Positions 11,879 to 25,200 are shown, counted from the first letter of the whole stretch. The stretch: DNA of 64,000 bases, filler included, from Guillardia theta CCMP2712 (GCF_000315625.1; 5 parts of 5 records of this genome joined end to end with filler, not necessarily neighbours in it); one strand, 5' to 3'. Notes: generated by a model not told the origin, from the letters alone. Translations and numbers: made by a program.

Positions 11879-13480
11879 CGTGCTCTACCGCCACGGGATT
11901 CCTCCCTCCGCATTCATACGTTCTTTGCCGAGTTTGAGCGCAACCGCCACGATTTCCAGCAGGCGGAAAACGAAAAGCACAGATAGTGCTAATGCTTTTC
12001 AGTGGGGTTTTGAACGTTTTAGGAATGGCTGGCACGAGTCTACAACTGCCTACCGGTGCTCTTAAGCTCGACTTCCACTCGAATCCAAGTCCAGTTGGTG
12101 TGCACACCTCACTGACTTGGCAGGAGTCATAACGAACCGTTCGGGGTGACAGGCCGACGCGGTAACTGGCAGAGCTCGGAAGGTTGATATCAATCCTGTA
12201 TATTCTTATTTTGTACCAAGATTGTATGGTAAAAAGTTTTGATTCCGGTACAACAAAAAGTACGAAATGGCCGAACAAGAGGAGGAGAATGCCTGGCACT
12301 GGACATAAGTGCCGGAAATGTGGTGGCAACTTTCATGCAGTATGTGCCAGCTTTCGAAGAGCTCAATCCCTCTGAGATGCTCGCCCGGCAGAGTCACCAA
12401 TATTCTGAGGCGGGTTCGAGCTTGCGATGGTCCTGCCATGCATGGAGGGTTGGTGGTGGTGACGGGAGTGATGATGCTGGCTTCGTTGATGTTGAGGCTG
12501 ATCACCAAGCTGCGACTGAGCTACAAGATTGTGAATGCGCATAACGAATGCGACAAGTTCTTCTTCCAAGAGCTTCTGCGAGATGTGGAAACAAACTCGG
12601 TAGATTGGGCGAACTCAAGGGAGGAGAGTTGTAGGTACGCAGCTCTCGCTCTATCTTGCGTTGCCGTGATGCTTCGACCACACAAGAAGGTGGAGCTGGG
12701 CGATTCCCAACGAGCGTATCATCCGTCAGATTGCAAATGAGTTGAGGGCACGACAAGGAAGCGTCTTGGTGGACTTTGGGTGCGGAAGAGGTTACTGGAG
12801 TCATCTGATAGCGCGGGAATACCCTTCAGCAAGGATAGTCGCGGTAGATAAGAATGAGGTACTGCAAACGATGAGTCTCTTTCACTCTTGATGCTGCTGC
12901 GAAGAGCTGGTATCGCAATGATAAGCATTATGAAATCAAAGACGGGGTAGGTGGGAACAATCCTTTTGAACTCTGAAATATTGTCCGGGGCATAGGATTT
13001 AAAGGATGTACGAGAGCATCTTTCAGATTCAAACTCCATTCTTCTTTTGGTTTGGCCTCCCTGCTGGTCGTCAATGGCTCTTGATTGCTTGATGAAATTC
13101 AAGTCCGTCAGGAGGCTTCAGGGGTTGAGCCTTGACCTTGCGATGTAGAGGCGACCTGATGATCTTCGTGGGTGAAGAGATGGGAGGCAAGACAGCGAGC
13201 AGGTTCTTGGGCTCTTGACGTTGGAGGTTTAATCCTTGTCTTCTCAGGCCCTTCTTTGTTGAGCTAGAATCGCCGAGATGGGAGCTGCGCAAGAGAGTTG
13301 ACATCCCGAGGTACTCGCAGGCGCAGGAGGCGAGTGGTGATGACCGATCTGCTGCCTCCAAGTTGGCCAGGATGCAAGGATGCAGCCTTCCTCTACGCCC
13401 GCACATCCCGACACCATGGAAATCAACCTTGACAGGTTCCTTCCTGATCCCGTAAGCGATCAGCGATACTGACACTCAAG

Positions 13481-15683
13481 GAAACGAGTGTCAGCTGTAA
13501 CTTTAACCTCGAGTAAACGAGTCAACTGTAACTTTAACTTGAGTAAACGAGTGTCAGCTGTAACTTTATCTAAGAGTAAACGAGTGTCAGCTGTAACTTT
13601 AACTTGAGTAAACGAGTGTCAACTGTAACTTTAACCTCGAGTAAACGAGGGTCAGCTGTAACTTTATCTAAGAGTAAACGAGTGTCAACTGTAACTTTAA
13701 CCTCGAGTAAACGAGTGTCAACTGTAACTTTAACTTGAGTAAACGAGTGTCAACTGTAACTTTAACTTGAGTAAACGAGTGTCAACTGTAACTTTAACTT
13801 GAGTAAACGAGTGTCAGCTGTAACTTTAACCTCGAGTAAACGAGTGTCAACTGTAACTTTATCTAAGAGTAAACGAGTGTCAACTGTAACTTTAACCTCG
13901 AGTAAACGAGTGTCAACTGTAACTTTAACTTGAGTAAACGAGTGTCAACTGTAACTTTAACTAAGAGTAAACGAGTGTCAACTGTAACTTTAACCTCGAG
14001 TAAACGAGTGTCAACTGTAACTTTAACCTCGAGTAAACGAGTGTCAACTGTAACTTTAACTTGAGTAAACGAGTGTCAGCTGTAACTTTAACTTGAGTAA
14101 ACGAGTGTCAACTGTAACTTTAACCTCGAGTAAACGAGTGTCAACTGTAACTTTAACTTGAGTAAACGAGTGTCAACTGTAACTTTAACCTCGAGTAAAC
14201 GAGTGTCAACTGTAACTTTAACTTGAGTAAACGAGTGTCAACTGTAACTTTAACTTAGAGTAAACGAGTGTCAACTGTAACTTTATCTAAGAGTAAACGA
14301 GTGTCAACTGTAACTTTAACCTCGAGTAAACGAGGGTCAACTGTAACTTTAACTTGAGTAAACGAGTGTCAACTGTAACTTTAACTTGAGTAAACGAGTG
14401 TCAACTGTAACTTTAACCTCGAGTAAACGAGTGTCAACTGTAACTTTAACTTGAGTAAACGAGTGTCAACTGTAACTTTAACCTCGAGTAAACGAGTGTC
14501 AACTGTAACTTTAACTTGAGTAAACGAGTGTCAGCTGTAACTTTAACTTGAGTAAACGAGTGTCAACTGTAACTTTAACTTGAGTAAACGAGTGTCAACT
14601 GTAACTTTAACCTCGAGTAAACGAGTGTCAACTGTAACTTTAACTTGAGTAAACGAGTGTCAACTGTAACTTTAACTTGAGTAAACGAGTGTCAACTGTA
14701 ACTTTAACTTGAGTAAACGAGTGTCAGCTGTAACTTTAACCTCGAGTAAACGAGTGTCAACTGTAACTTTATCTAAGAGTAAACGAGTGTCAACTGTAAC
14801 TTTAACCTCGAGTAAACGAGTGTCAACTGTAACTTTAACTTGAGTAAACGAGTGTCAACTGTAACTTTAACTTGAGTAAACGAGTGTCAACTGTAACTTT
14901 AACCTCGAGTAAACGAGTGTCAACTGTAACTTTAACCTCGAGTAAACGAGTGTCAACTGTAACTTTAACTTGAGTAAACGAGTGTCAGCTGTAACTTTAA
15001 CTTGAGTAAACGAGTGTCAACTGTAACTTTAACTTGAGTAAACGAGTGTCAGCTGTAACTTTAACCTCGAGTAAACGAGTGTCAACTGTAACTTTATCTA
15101 AGAGTAAACGAGTGTCAACTGTAACTTTAACCTCGAGTAAACGAGTGTCAACTGTAACTTTAACTTGAGTAAACGAGTGTCAGCTGTAACTTTAACTTGA
15201 GTAAACGAGTGTCAACTGTAACTTTAACTTGAGTAAACGAGTGTCAACTGTAACTTTAACCTCGAGTAAACGAGTGTCAACTGTAACTTTAACTTGAGTA
15301 AACGAGTGTCAACTGTAACTTTAACTAAGAGTAAACGAGTGTCAACTGTAACTTTATCTAAGAGTAAACGAGTGTCAACTGTAACTTTAACCTCGAGTAA
15401 ACGAGGGTCAACTGTAACTTTAACTTGAGTAAACGAGTGTCAACTGTAACTTTAACTTGAGTAAACGAGTGTCAACTGTAACTTTAACCTCGAGTAAACG
15501 AGTGTCAACTGTAACTTTAACTTGAGTAAACGAGTGTCAACTGTAACTTTAACTTGAGTAAACGAGTGTCAACTGTAACTTTAACTTGAGTAAACGAGTG
15601 TCAACTGTAACTTTAACCTCGAGTAAACGAGTGTCAACTGTAACTTTAACTTGAGTAAACGAGTGTCAACTGTAACTTTAACT
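13481..15683. repeat. 32/33-bp satellite GAGTAAACGAGTGTCA(A/G)CTGTAACTTT+(AACTT/AACCTC/ATCTAA/AACTAA), ~68 units, running into a gap
   Basis: Units parsed by eye; a few discrete variants and no unique spacers. Confidence 0.97.
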
Positions 15684-15783
15684 NNNNNNNNNNNNNNNNN
15701 NNNNNNNNNNNNNNNNNNNNNNNNNNNTTAATTAATTAANNNNNNNNNNNNNNNNNNNNNNNNNNNNNNNNNNNNNNNNNNNN
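15684..15783. other. Assembly gap with TTAATTAATTAA spacer (also 40944, 50209, 61065)
   Basis: An identical 12-mer sits centred in four 100-N gaps. Confidence 0.97.
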
Positions 15784-18327
15784 CAAGGAGAGAGCTGAGA
15801 ATCTCGGTTGGAAGGTCCTCCTCATGGCGAGAGAAGCTGCACCAACAAAGTGAGAGGATCGTCTGCTGCTGCTGCTGCTGCTCCTCCTCCTCCTCCTCCT
15901 CCCTCTCCTCCTCATCCTCTACCCTCCTCCCTCCGCTTCCCTCCTGCTCTCCAGTACGGCATCAGCTTCGCACACGACTGGTGCGGCCTCGTTGTATCTA
16001 GTCTCCGTCCCGCTCTCCTCCTCGCCCTCTTCTCTGCTCTCCTTCCTCCTCTCAGTGTCTATCTTACACTGCGTGCGGTGCTTGCTTGAGAATGAAGATG
16101 CAGCTATCTCCTCCTCGACCCTCCAGAGAAATCTGAAAACAATCGTCACGTCTTTGATATCCTCCTCTTCCTCTTCCTCCTCTTCTTCCCTCATCCTCAT
16201 CCTCATCCCCATCCTCCTCCTCCTCTTCTTCCCTCTTCCTCTTCCTCTTCCTCTTCCTCTTCCTCTTCCTCTTCCTCCTCTTCTTTCCTCTTCCTCTTCC
16301 TCTTCCTCTTCCTCTTCCTCCTCTTCCTCTTCCTCTTCCTCTTCCTCCTCTTCCTCTTCCTCTTCCTCTTCCTCGTCCTCCTTTCCTGCGTTCCATCTTG
16401 AGCGCCTCTTGGGATCATGAGAACCTGATCTCCTCCGTCTTTCGAGCGAACTATCTGGGAGGAAGTGAAATGAGCAGGAGGAGGAGGCGAAGGCGGAGGC
16501 GGAGGCGAAGGCGTTGGATCAGCAGGAGGAGGCAGCGGAGGCGGAGAGGAAGGAGGAGACTGAGGAGGAGGAGGAGGAGGAGGAGACGGAGGAGGAGGAG
16601 GAGACGGAGGAGGAGGAGGAGACGGAGGAGGAGGAGGAGCAGGAGCAGGAGCAGGAGGAGCAGGAGGAGCAGGAGGAGCAGGAGCAGGGGGTGGAGAAAC
16701 GGGTGGGGAAAGGGGTGGAGGAAGGAGGTGCGGGTGCGGGAGGAGTGGAAGGAGACTGAGGAGGGTCGTGAACCTTGTTTCCTCCCCTGTACAATTCCTC
16801 CATCGTCACTTCTACTTCAACAGGAAGCGTTCGCTGCTGCTTGTGTTGGTCAGGTCAAGGGAGGAGGAGGGAGAAGAGAGGAGGAGGGGGATGATGGAGG
16901 GCAGCATAAGGATAGGAAAGGGGCAGTCGACGAAAGGAAAGTGGGAGGGCAAAAGAGGATGTGGGACAGAGTAGGACAGGAGGAGGAGGGAGGAGGAGGG
17001 AGGACGGTGGTGGTGGAAGAGGAGGGAGAGGAAAGGAATAGAGGAGGAGGGAGGGTGGTGGTGGTGGTGGAGGAGGAGGAGGAGGAAGAGGAAAGGAATA
17101 GAGGAGGAGGGAGGACGGTGGTGGAGGAGGAAGAGGAAAGGAATAGAGGAGGAGGGAGGACGGTGGTGGAGGAGGAGGAGGAGGAAGAGGAAAGGAATAG
17201 AGGAGGAGGGAGGACGGTGGTGGTGGAAGAGGAGGGAGAGGAAAGGAATAGAGGAGGAGGGAGGAGGGTGGTGGTGGAGGAGGAAAGGAATAGAGGAGGA
17301 GGGAGCGGCAAGGAGAGTCAGTGGTGATTAAGTTACCTGCTCCTGTTCCGCCTCCTGTCTGGCTCTCCGCAAATTTTTCAAAATTTCCTGAAAGGAGAAT
17401 TACAGGGAATGAGGAGGAAGAAAATACACGAAGGGAGGAAGGGAGGGATAGAGCAAAGACGTTACATTTATCGAAGGAAAAGAGAGGAGGATGAGGAGTA
17501 CAAGGAGGAGGAGGAGGAGGAGGAAGAGGAGTACAAGGAGGAGGAAGAGGAGGAGGAGGAGGAGGAAGAGGAGGAGGAGGAGGNNNNNNNNNNNNNNNNN
17601 NNNNNNNNNNNNNNNNNNNNNNNNNNNNNNNNNNNNNNNNNNNNNNNNNNNNNNNNNNNNNNNNNNNNNNNNNNNNNNNNNNNGTGTCGTATGCTTCTTG
17701 AACCTTCTTGAAAGCCTGAAAGTTGAATTAGAGGGGGAGGAGGAAGAGAGAAGAGATGACGGGAGGAGGAGGATTGAACAGAAAGAAGGGAAGAGGATGG
17801 AAGAGCGGAAGGAGAGAGGAGGAGGAGGAGGAGGAGGAGGAGGAGGAGGAGGAGGAGGAAGAGGAGGGAAGGAGGGAAACAACAAGGTAGCAATTAGTTG
17901 ACTTGAGGATTTCGGACCTCCTCGTTCTCTTCCCCTGGATTTCTATCAGGATGAAACTTGAGAGCCGCGGCTCTAAGGGAAAAAACAAGTCAAATCCCCT
18001 TGTCCTCATACCCCACTGTCAACTTCCCCTAGCCCCTCCTCCTCCTCCTCCTCATCTCTCCCCATTGCCCCCCCCTTCCCTCTCCTCCCCCTCTCTCCCC
18101 TACTTGTACGCTTGCTTGATCTCCCCCTCCGAAGCTCCCTGCTCTCACTGTCAGACGCCTCGCATGCTCGTCATCCATGGACCTGCTGCAGTCCCAGGCG
18201 CGTGTACAGGCAGTGACTGTCCACTCCTCCAAGGCACCGAATGCTCGAAACCCCCAACCACTTGCACTCCCCCTGCTTCCTTGTCAACCGCCCTCATCCT
18301 CGTCCTCGCCCTCGTCCTCGCCCTCGT

Positions 18328-18412
<85 letters not shown>

Positions 18413-19991
18413 TTACTCTCCACCTTACCTCCGCTCTTCCCTCTCGATCTTGCACTTCTTCCCTGATCGTTCTCCCTCCTCCATCATCCATCGGCCAGTG
18501 TCTGCCCTAGTCGTGAGGGAGGAAGCAGAGGAGAAGAAATGCTCGGATCGTGTGCTGCTCCTACCTGACGAGGCCTGGAGCTTGCGAGCTCGGAGATCGC
18601 TGCATGGTCTGCTGTAGCTGCAGCGAGGTGATCGAGAGGGAGGGAGCAGCAGCAAGAGGGAGCAGCAGCAAGAGGAGGGCGGAAGAGTTTGGAGATGAAA
18701 GGGAAGGTGGACGATCATTGGCGAAGAAGAGGGGAGAAGGAGGAGGAGGATGAGGAATGGGAGGGGAGAGAGAAGGAGGAAAGGGGACAGGAGAGAGGAG
18801 GAGGAGGAGGAGGAGGAGGAGGAGGTCGAGGGGAGAGAGAAGGAGGAAAGAAAGAAAGAAGGGGACAGGAGAGAGGAAAAGGAGGAGGAGGAGGAGGAGT
18901 AGTAGTAGAGGCAGGAGAGAAGAAACCTCTTCCTCAGTCCGATGAATGTTCCACACAGAAACATGAGCAATGATCCCTTTGAGACGATCAGAGGACAAGA
19001 AGACAAGAAGAGGGAGGGAGGGAGGGAGATGGAATGAGAGAGGGAGGGAGGAAGGGGAGAAAGGAGAGAGTGAGAGAGTAGGGGAGCGGAGGATGGGGGG
19101 AGTTGCAGAAGGACGAGAGGGCGAGGAGGGATGGAGAGGTTGTAGTGACCTTGGAAGAATCTTTCTCCTCCTCCTCCCTTGGCTCCGATCGCCCACTCGC
19201 TCCTCACTCGCTTAGCCCCACAAGGTGATGGGATGCTTGATATGAGAGCTCCGTTCCTGCTCCTCCGCTCTCAGCTGGACGAAGGCAGACGGAGAAGGGG
19301 AGGGAGGATGGAGGAGGGAGGAGGGAGGAGGGAGGAGGGAGGAGGGAGGAGGGAGGAGGGAGGAGGGAGGAGGGAGGAGGGAGGACCTGTAGAGGCGCCA
19401 GTATTGGCCATCATACCCTCCAGCAATGTGAGTCCAGCAGCCGATGTCTGCAGGAGGGCGGGAGCAGACGCCATGAAGGTTCTGTCCGTCGCACCATCCC
19501 AGCAGCCAACCTCATACTGCCTGCTGTAGCAGTTGAAGCGGAGGAAGACCTGCAGCACTCGCGCTCACTCTCCTCCTCCCATTCCTCATACCCTCCTTGT
19601 CCTCCTTGTCCTCGGTATCCTCGTCCTCCTTCCCCTTCTCCTCCTTCCCAGGACCCCCTTCATTCCTCTACCTCTCCCATCTCTCACCATCTCTCCCCAT
19701 CTCTCACCTCAGCATTCCTGTCTCCTCCGTGCGCGATGATGTTTCTGTGAGCATCTAGCAGGCTCGCTGGCTCCATCCTCTCCTGGCAGATCCAGGCTTC
19801 GAGTGTGATGCAGCCCTCCATCTGAAGGTCCTCCTCATCTCCGATCCTCACGAACGTCTAGCCCGCACGTGTCACATGCAAGTCGCCTTGCCCCTCCTCC
19901 TCCTCCTCCTCCTCCTCTCCTCTCATCATCTCTCTTCATATCCTCTCACTGGCCTGTGCCTCTTCTACCTACTACCTCGTCCTCGTCCTCA

Positions 19992-20032
<41 letters not shown>

Positions 20033-20092
20033 CCTCACCGTCTTCCCGTCGAACTTGAGGACCCTCGTGCCCTCGATCGTGAGATCCTGCAT
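15784..20092 (-). CDS. Multi-exon LamG/concanavalin-like domain protein with a DnaJ-C-terminal-like part; 3' end in gap
   Basis: Exons between simple-repeat introns: VLKFDGK, CITLEAWI..NIIAHG, YEVGCWDG, GIIAHVSVWNIHRTEEE, APGLV..HWPMDDGGG (Laminin_G_3 pattern). Later exons give LPVEVEVTMEELYRGG and VLMIPRGAQDGTQ. Confidence 0.65.
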
Positions 20093-20288
20093 GGCACCAA
20101 CTGAAAGCGCTGCCTCAGAGATGAACAGGGACAGCAAATAAAGTACAAGCTATATGATTTGTACCATTTTAATGTCTTTTCCTTCATACTAGTTATTGTG
20201 TGAGGCGAACTCGGACTTAAAACACAAATGCTTCCAGAGCTCCCAGGAGGTTGATCACTTTGAGGAAGATGTTCACGTACCTGCTGTT

Positions 20289-20455
20289 ATGAGCGTTTTG
20301 AAGGACATCACCTATCACTTGTCTTGATCATGAGCGTGTTTGAAGGACATCACCTATCACTTGTCTTGATCATGAGCGTGTTTGAAGGACATCACCTATC
20401 ACTTGTCTTGATCATGAGCGTGTTTGAAGGACATCACCTATCACTTGTCTTGATC
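20289..20455. repeat. 42-bp tandem repeat x4 (TGAGCGTGTTTGAAGGACATCACCTATCACTTGTCTTGATCA)
   Basis: Copies start at ~20290, 20331, 20373 and 20415. Confidence 0.95.
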
Positions 20456-20732
20456 GCATAAGGTGGTACCGCAGGTCTTCTACGCTCGTCAGGCTTCAGT
20501 GTTGCCGTCCCAAGCGAAGACTCGTAAAGGTGTAAACAAGTAGGACATCGGTAACCGTATGACCATCAGAGCTCCTTTGGCGAGCGCAGAAGCTTGGCAG
20601 GGACTAGCGCGGCACTTGAGCAGAGCAACTTGATCATTTGTGAGATCAGTGTTTGTCTCAAACTCTTTCATTATTTTCAAAACAAACGATCACATGTTCA
20701 TGGTACAATCAACATTCCTGTCTACATCACCA

Positions 20733-21050
20733 TCACTTCACCCCGACCCGGATTGCCTTGAAACGATTTGAGAAGTGGGGCAGCAGCATCTTTCTCTTGT
20801 CGAACTCTCCCTCCAGCAGCACAACTTTGCCTGCAAGCAACGCCTGCCTCTCTCCCGGCTCTTCTCCCCGGATGCTCAGACGTTCGATCTCCTCCTCGTC
20901 GACCAGCAGCCAGCTCAACGCATCTCCCACCAGTCGCATCACACTCGCAAGGAGGGCGATGGCTAAGAAGAGACGCAGACGAAGCATACAAGGGACACTA
21001 GGGCTGTTTGCGGTGCGCGGGATTGTGTACCAGTATGTGGTGGAATTCAT
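20733..21050 (-). CDS. Hypothetical protein or gene relic with one hydrophobic segment
   Basis: 105-aa ORF with RLFLAIALLASVMRLVG; downstream frames are broken and no family is recognised. Confidence 0.25.
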   Translation of the reverse strand: MNSTTYWYTIPRTANSPSVPCMLRLRLFLAIALLASVMRLVGDALSWLLVDEEEIERLSIRGEEPGERQALLAGKVVLLEGEFDKRKMLLPHFSNRFKAIRVGVK

Positions 21051-22227
21051 GTCGCAATAGCCGAGAATGGAAGAGAGCTGACGACCGCTCGAGCCGAGGC
21101 TCGTCGAGGCCAGGGAAACTGTAGATGGATGGGAGAGAAAGGATGATGACTCTCCAAGAAACGTACAGGAAGGGACGGAAGACGGACGATGAAGAAGAGA
21201 AAAAGATGAAACGAGGTTGACGGGATTAAACAGACGGGATGCAGGCCGAAGGAGGTATGAGATAGGAGGCGAAAGGGAGGAGGGAGGAGCGTGAAAGGAG
21301 AGTGGTTCAACAAGAGAGGTGCAGGGGAGGAGGTATGAGGTAGGGGGGAGTTGCGGTAAGGGACGGGAGGTGGGGGCGGAGATATAAACGAGTCGGGGAA
21401 CTAGGAGAAGACGACGAACCGGTTGTCACTGATTTGGGGTCTTGGAGGAGGGGGTGGATTACCGGGGCTTTGTCAGGGAGAAGAAGGGGTCATCTTTTGT
21501 GTTGGTAGGGTTGGTAGTGGGTGAGGTCGTCAGTAAGAAAAGTTCGCGCTAATGGTTGGATTTATCATGGAGGGGTACAAATCCCCTTGTAGCAGGGGGT
21601 AGTAGCTAGGAGCAAAACACTTTTACGCCTGTGTACGTGACTCAGAGACCATGGACACCCTTCAAAAGACTCATTTTCATGAATCGCCCCCCGGGGCCTT
21701 GTGACTTGCTGACAGGCGTATCAAGGAACCCTTACACATGTCGGATAAGTCAAAGTCACTCGCACCCCGAGTGGGGCCTGAGAAGTCGTTTGACGTCGCT
21801 GATGGTTCTCCCCCGTACCGACAAGTTTAGTTACCATCAGATAACTGATAAAATGAGCTTCGTGACTCCCAGGCTGCACGGCAACCTCGGGACTTGCGAC
21901 CGTGACACGCGGGGCTGATCTCCGACAACCGTTGAACCGTTGAAGCTGAGGTGGGCCCGTGGCGTGGACAGGCTGTCAGTGTCAGTCATGGACATGGCAC
22001 TGCCCGGCCGGCACTCAGTCGACTCGAAGGCAACCGGACCGTTCAACGGGTTACTAGCAGGTACGAGGGCCCTCTGAACACTCTGGCTGTTGATGGCCGC
22101 TGCCCAACTCAGCAAGGTTGGTCACTGCCAGGTGACTTGAGTTTGCGATGGAGATCAGTGAAGACTTGAGACGAGGGTCACGCAAGTTCATTCAAGTCAC
22201 TGAAGTTCAGGAGGTGAGGGAGGAGCC

Positions 22228-25200
22228 TTAGGCCGAGGGTTTCTGCTGCAGGGTGAGACGACCGAACATCAGAGTTGCAGAGAACTAACCTCGTCCTTGT
22301 CCTCGTCACTCCCGATGCCCCACTGCTCCTTGTTGGCCTCAAGGGCCCTGAGCTTAGCGATGGGCACGTCCTGTCCTCCCGCCTTCTCCTCCTTGGGCTT
22401 CACTTCTTCCTTAGGCTTCACTTCCTCCTTAGGCTTCACTTCCTCCTTGGCCTTCACTTCCTCCTTAGGCTTCACTTCCTCCTCCACAGTCTTCGCCTTC
22501 TGCTCTTGGATCTCGAGCTACCAGTGAGGTCAGCGAGATGAAGGGGAAGAGGGGAGGGGGGAGTTCTCACTCGGAAGGGCTGCTTGGGCTGCTTGGGAGC
22601 GGGAGGAGCGTTGATGTCGTCGTCCTCGTAGATAGCATTTTCCTGCGAATAGGATGTGAGAAGGAGGAGGAGGAGGAGGAGGAGGAGGAGGAGGAGGAGG
22701 AGGAGGAGGAGTGTAGAGGGCTAGGAGAAGAAGTAACCTTAACAGGAGCTTTGCTCTTTTCCACTGACTTCTTGTCGTTGTCCGACCCTCCCACGTCAAC
22801 TGGCTCTACCAGCTTTTGCAGCTTGGAGAACAGTCCTCCACCCAGGCCCCTGCACAACTCGGTCACAATTCCCCTCCCCCTCTTCTTCCCCTACCCGAAG
22901 GGAAGGTCAAGCTGAGGAGCTTGCTTGCTCTCCTCGACCTGTCGCACTCGCTTAACAGCAGGGAGCAGGTCGCCGAGCCGTCACCTTGGGAGTCTCGGGC
23001 TTCTTCTGTGGGGGAGGGGAAGGAGGAGCGGGAGGCTTCTGCTGCTGTCACGTCAGGAACGGGAGGGAGGAGGGGAGGAGGGAAAGAGCAGGCACCTCTG
23101 CCTTGACCGGCTCCTGTGAGGAAGAAACTTTCAGCGATAGGGCAAAGAGAGTCGTCAAGATTGACCTCGGGCTTCTTCGCCTCTGCTGGCGTTGGAGGAG
23201 GAGGAGGAGGAGGAGGCGTCTGAGCGACCAACAAGCTAAGAGAGGAGACCCGCTGAGCAAGAATAGAGCACCTCGGGTGCCTTCACAGCGGCAGGAGGAG
23301 GAGAAGCTGGCTTAGGAGGAGGAGGAGGAGGAACCTAAGGAACAGTCAGAGGGGAAGCGCTACAGGCAGGGATCTACCTCCTCCTGTTTCGGCTCGCTCT
23401 TGACGGCAGAGGGAGCCTGCGGTACAGTAAGAGGAGGACGGAGAGGACATGGGGATGGGGCAGGAGAGCAACACGGGACAGAAGAAACAAGGAGCCTCAG
23501 CTCACACGCACACTGACCTCTGCAGCAGGAGGAGCCGGAGGGGCAGCAGGTGCAGGAGGAGGGGTCTTAATCTCCTCCGGCTTCTTGGCAGGAGGAGGAA
23601 CCGCCTGCTTCGCCTCTCCCTGAACGTCTTCCACCATTTCCTTCAGCTTCGAGCTGAAGCCCGAGAACAAGTTGGAGATGGACGCCTGCGCCTCCTCCAC
23701 AGCACTTGGGGGCTGCTCCTTGGGCATCTTGACGATGGGCTTGTCCTCGTCCGAAGGTATCTTAGCGGGGGGAGGAGCCTGAGAACTGCTTCAGACTCTT
23801 CCTCTTCCTCTTCCTCTTCCTCTGCCTCTTGCTCACCTTAACCTCAGCTGCAGGAGCTGGAGGAGCTGCCGGTGGTGGTGGAGGTTGCACGGCAGGCTGT
23901 GCTGCCTTGCTAGGAGCAGGGGGAGCAGGGGGGGCAGCAGCAGGGGGAGCAGCAGGAGGCGCTGGAGGCTTGGGAGCCGGTGGGCTAACATCCTTGGGCT
24001 CCAAAAAGCTCAAGAAACCAGCAAACGGGTTGCTGGACTCCTCTTTGGGTCCCGTGGGCTGGGATGGAGCTGGAGGAGCTGCTGGGGGTGCTGCTGGAGG
24101 AGCTGCTGGGGGTGCCTGAAGGTCCACGTGATCACTCGTTCATAGGGGGTAGACATCGCTACCTGAGCCTTAGCGACTGGCGCAGCTGGAGGAGGTGGTG
24201 GAGTGGCTGGTGGTGCTGCTGGAGCTGGTGGCTTGGGAGCAGGGGGAGGAACAGCCTTGGGAGGCGCCTGAGGAGCTGGAGGAGAGCTTGGCTCCAAGAA
24301 ACTGAGCAGACCACCGAAGGGGTTGGAAGGTTTTGCTTCCTCTGCCTTGGGAGGAGGAGGAAGAGAAGCTGCCTTGGGGGGAGGAGGAGCCGCCTTGGGG
24401 GGAGGAGGAGCCGCCTTGGGGGGAGGAGGAGCCGCCTGGAGAGAAGATGGTCAACCAGGAGGAGGAGGAGGAGGAGGAGGAGGAGGAGGAGGTCGAACCT
24501 TGGCCAAAGGTGGTGGTGGTACAGCCTTTGGAGGCATCTGAGGAGGCACAGCCTTGGGAACTAGGGCAACAGTTAGCAGGAGAATGTGAGAGAGCCCAGC
24601 GTCTCACTCTGTGCCGGGGGAGGAGGAGGAACTCGGGCCTGACTGTCGGCGTCTTCCTCGAAGACTGTGCCAGCGCCGATGCCGAAGAGGCCCCCCTGGG
24701 AAGATCCAGCGCGCTTTTGAGCCGCAACCTTGACCTCCTTGACAGGAGAAGGCTGAGCTCCGATGGCAGCGAGGGCGTCGGGACGAGGACGTCCGAGCAT
24801 GTTCCCTTCCTCCACTCGGGTGGCCGCGGCGGTTCCGTCGGGGTTGACGGTCACGACGACCTCCCAGGCGTCCTGGAAGAAGAACCCGGCCTTCTTGAGC
24901 ACCTGCGCAAACCTGGTGGAGCCGTCGGAGCGGCTCACCATGACCAGGTCGCCCTCCTGCACTTTGCCCTGCCTGTCGTACTGCTTGGTCTCGACCCAGG
25001 TGTCCGGCACCCTCGTGTCGACCAGATCAGCCCACTTGAGGGTCTGCGCGGAAGTGAGGGGGACGGGCCCGGAGCCGATGGTGTTGACAGGGGACGGGAC
25101 GGCCCTCTGAGTGCCGAGGACCTGCATGGGAGGAGGAGCCTGCCAGACTGTCAGATCAGAACGAGAGGAAGGCGAGGGAGGAGGAGAGCCAAGACACAGA

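Noticed and set aside
12170-12200. Primer-binding site/LTR for the gag relic (minus-strand tgatatcaacc)
   Set aside because: It does not match TGG-initiated tRNA complementarity, and no paired LTR is visible.
12239-13475. Genes in the short ORFs before the satellite
   Set aside because: No recognisable motifs or consistent exon chain, so a call cannot be supported.
13441-13500. Hammerhead ribozyme at the satellite edge (CTGA..GAAAC..GTC)
   Set aside because: The CUGANGA core and stem II are missing.
13481-15683. CRISPR-like array
   Set aside because: The variable part is only 5-6 bp drawn from a few recurring types; there are no unique spacers or cas genes, and the context is eukaryotic.
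15728-15739. TTAATTAATTAA palindrome as a biological motif
   Set aside because: It is always centred in N gaps, so it is an assembly spacer.
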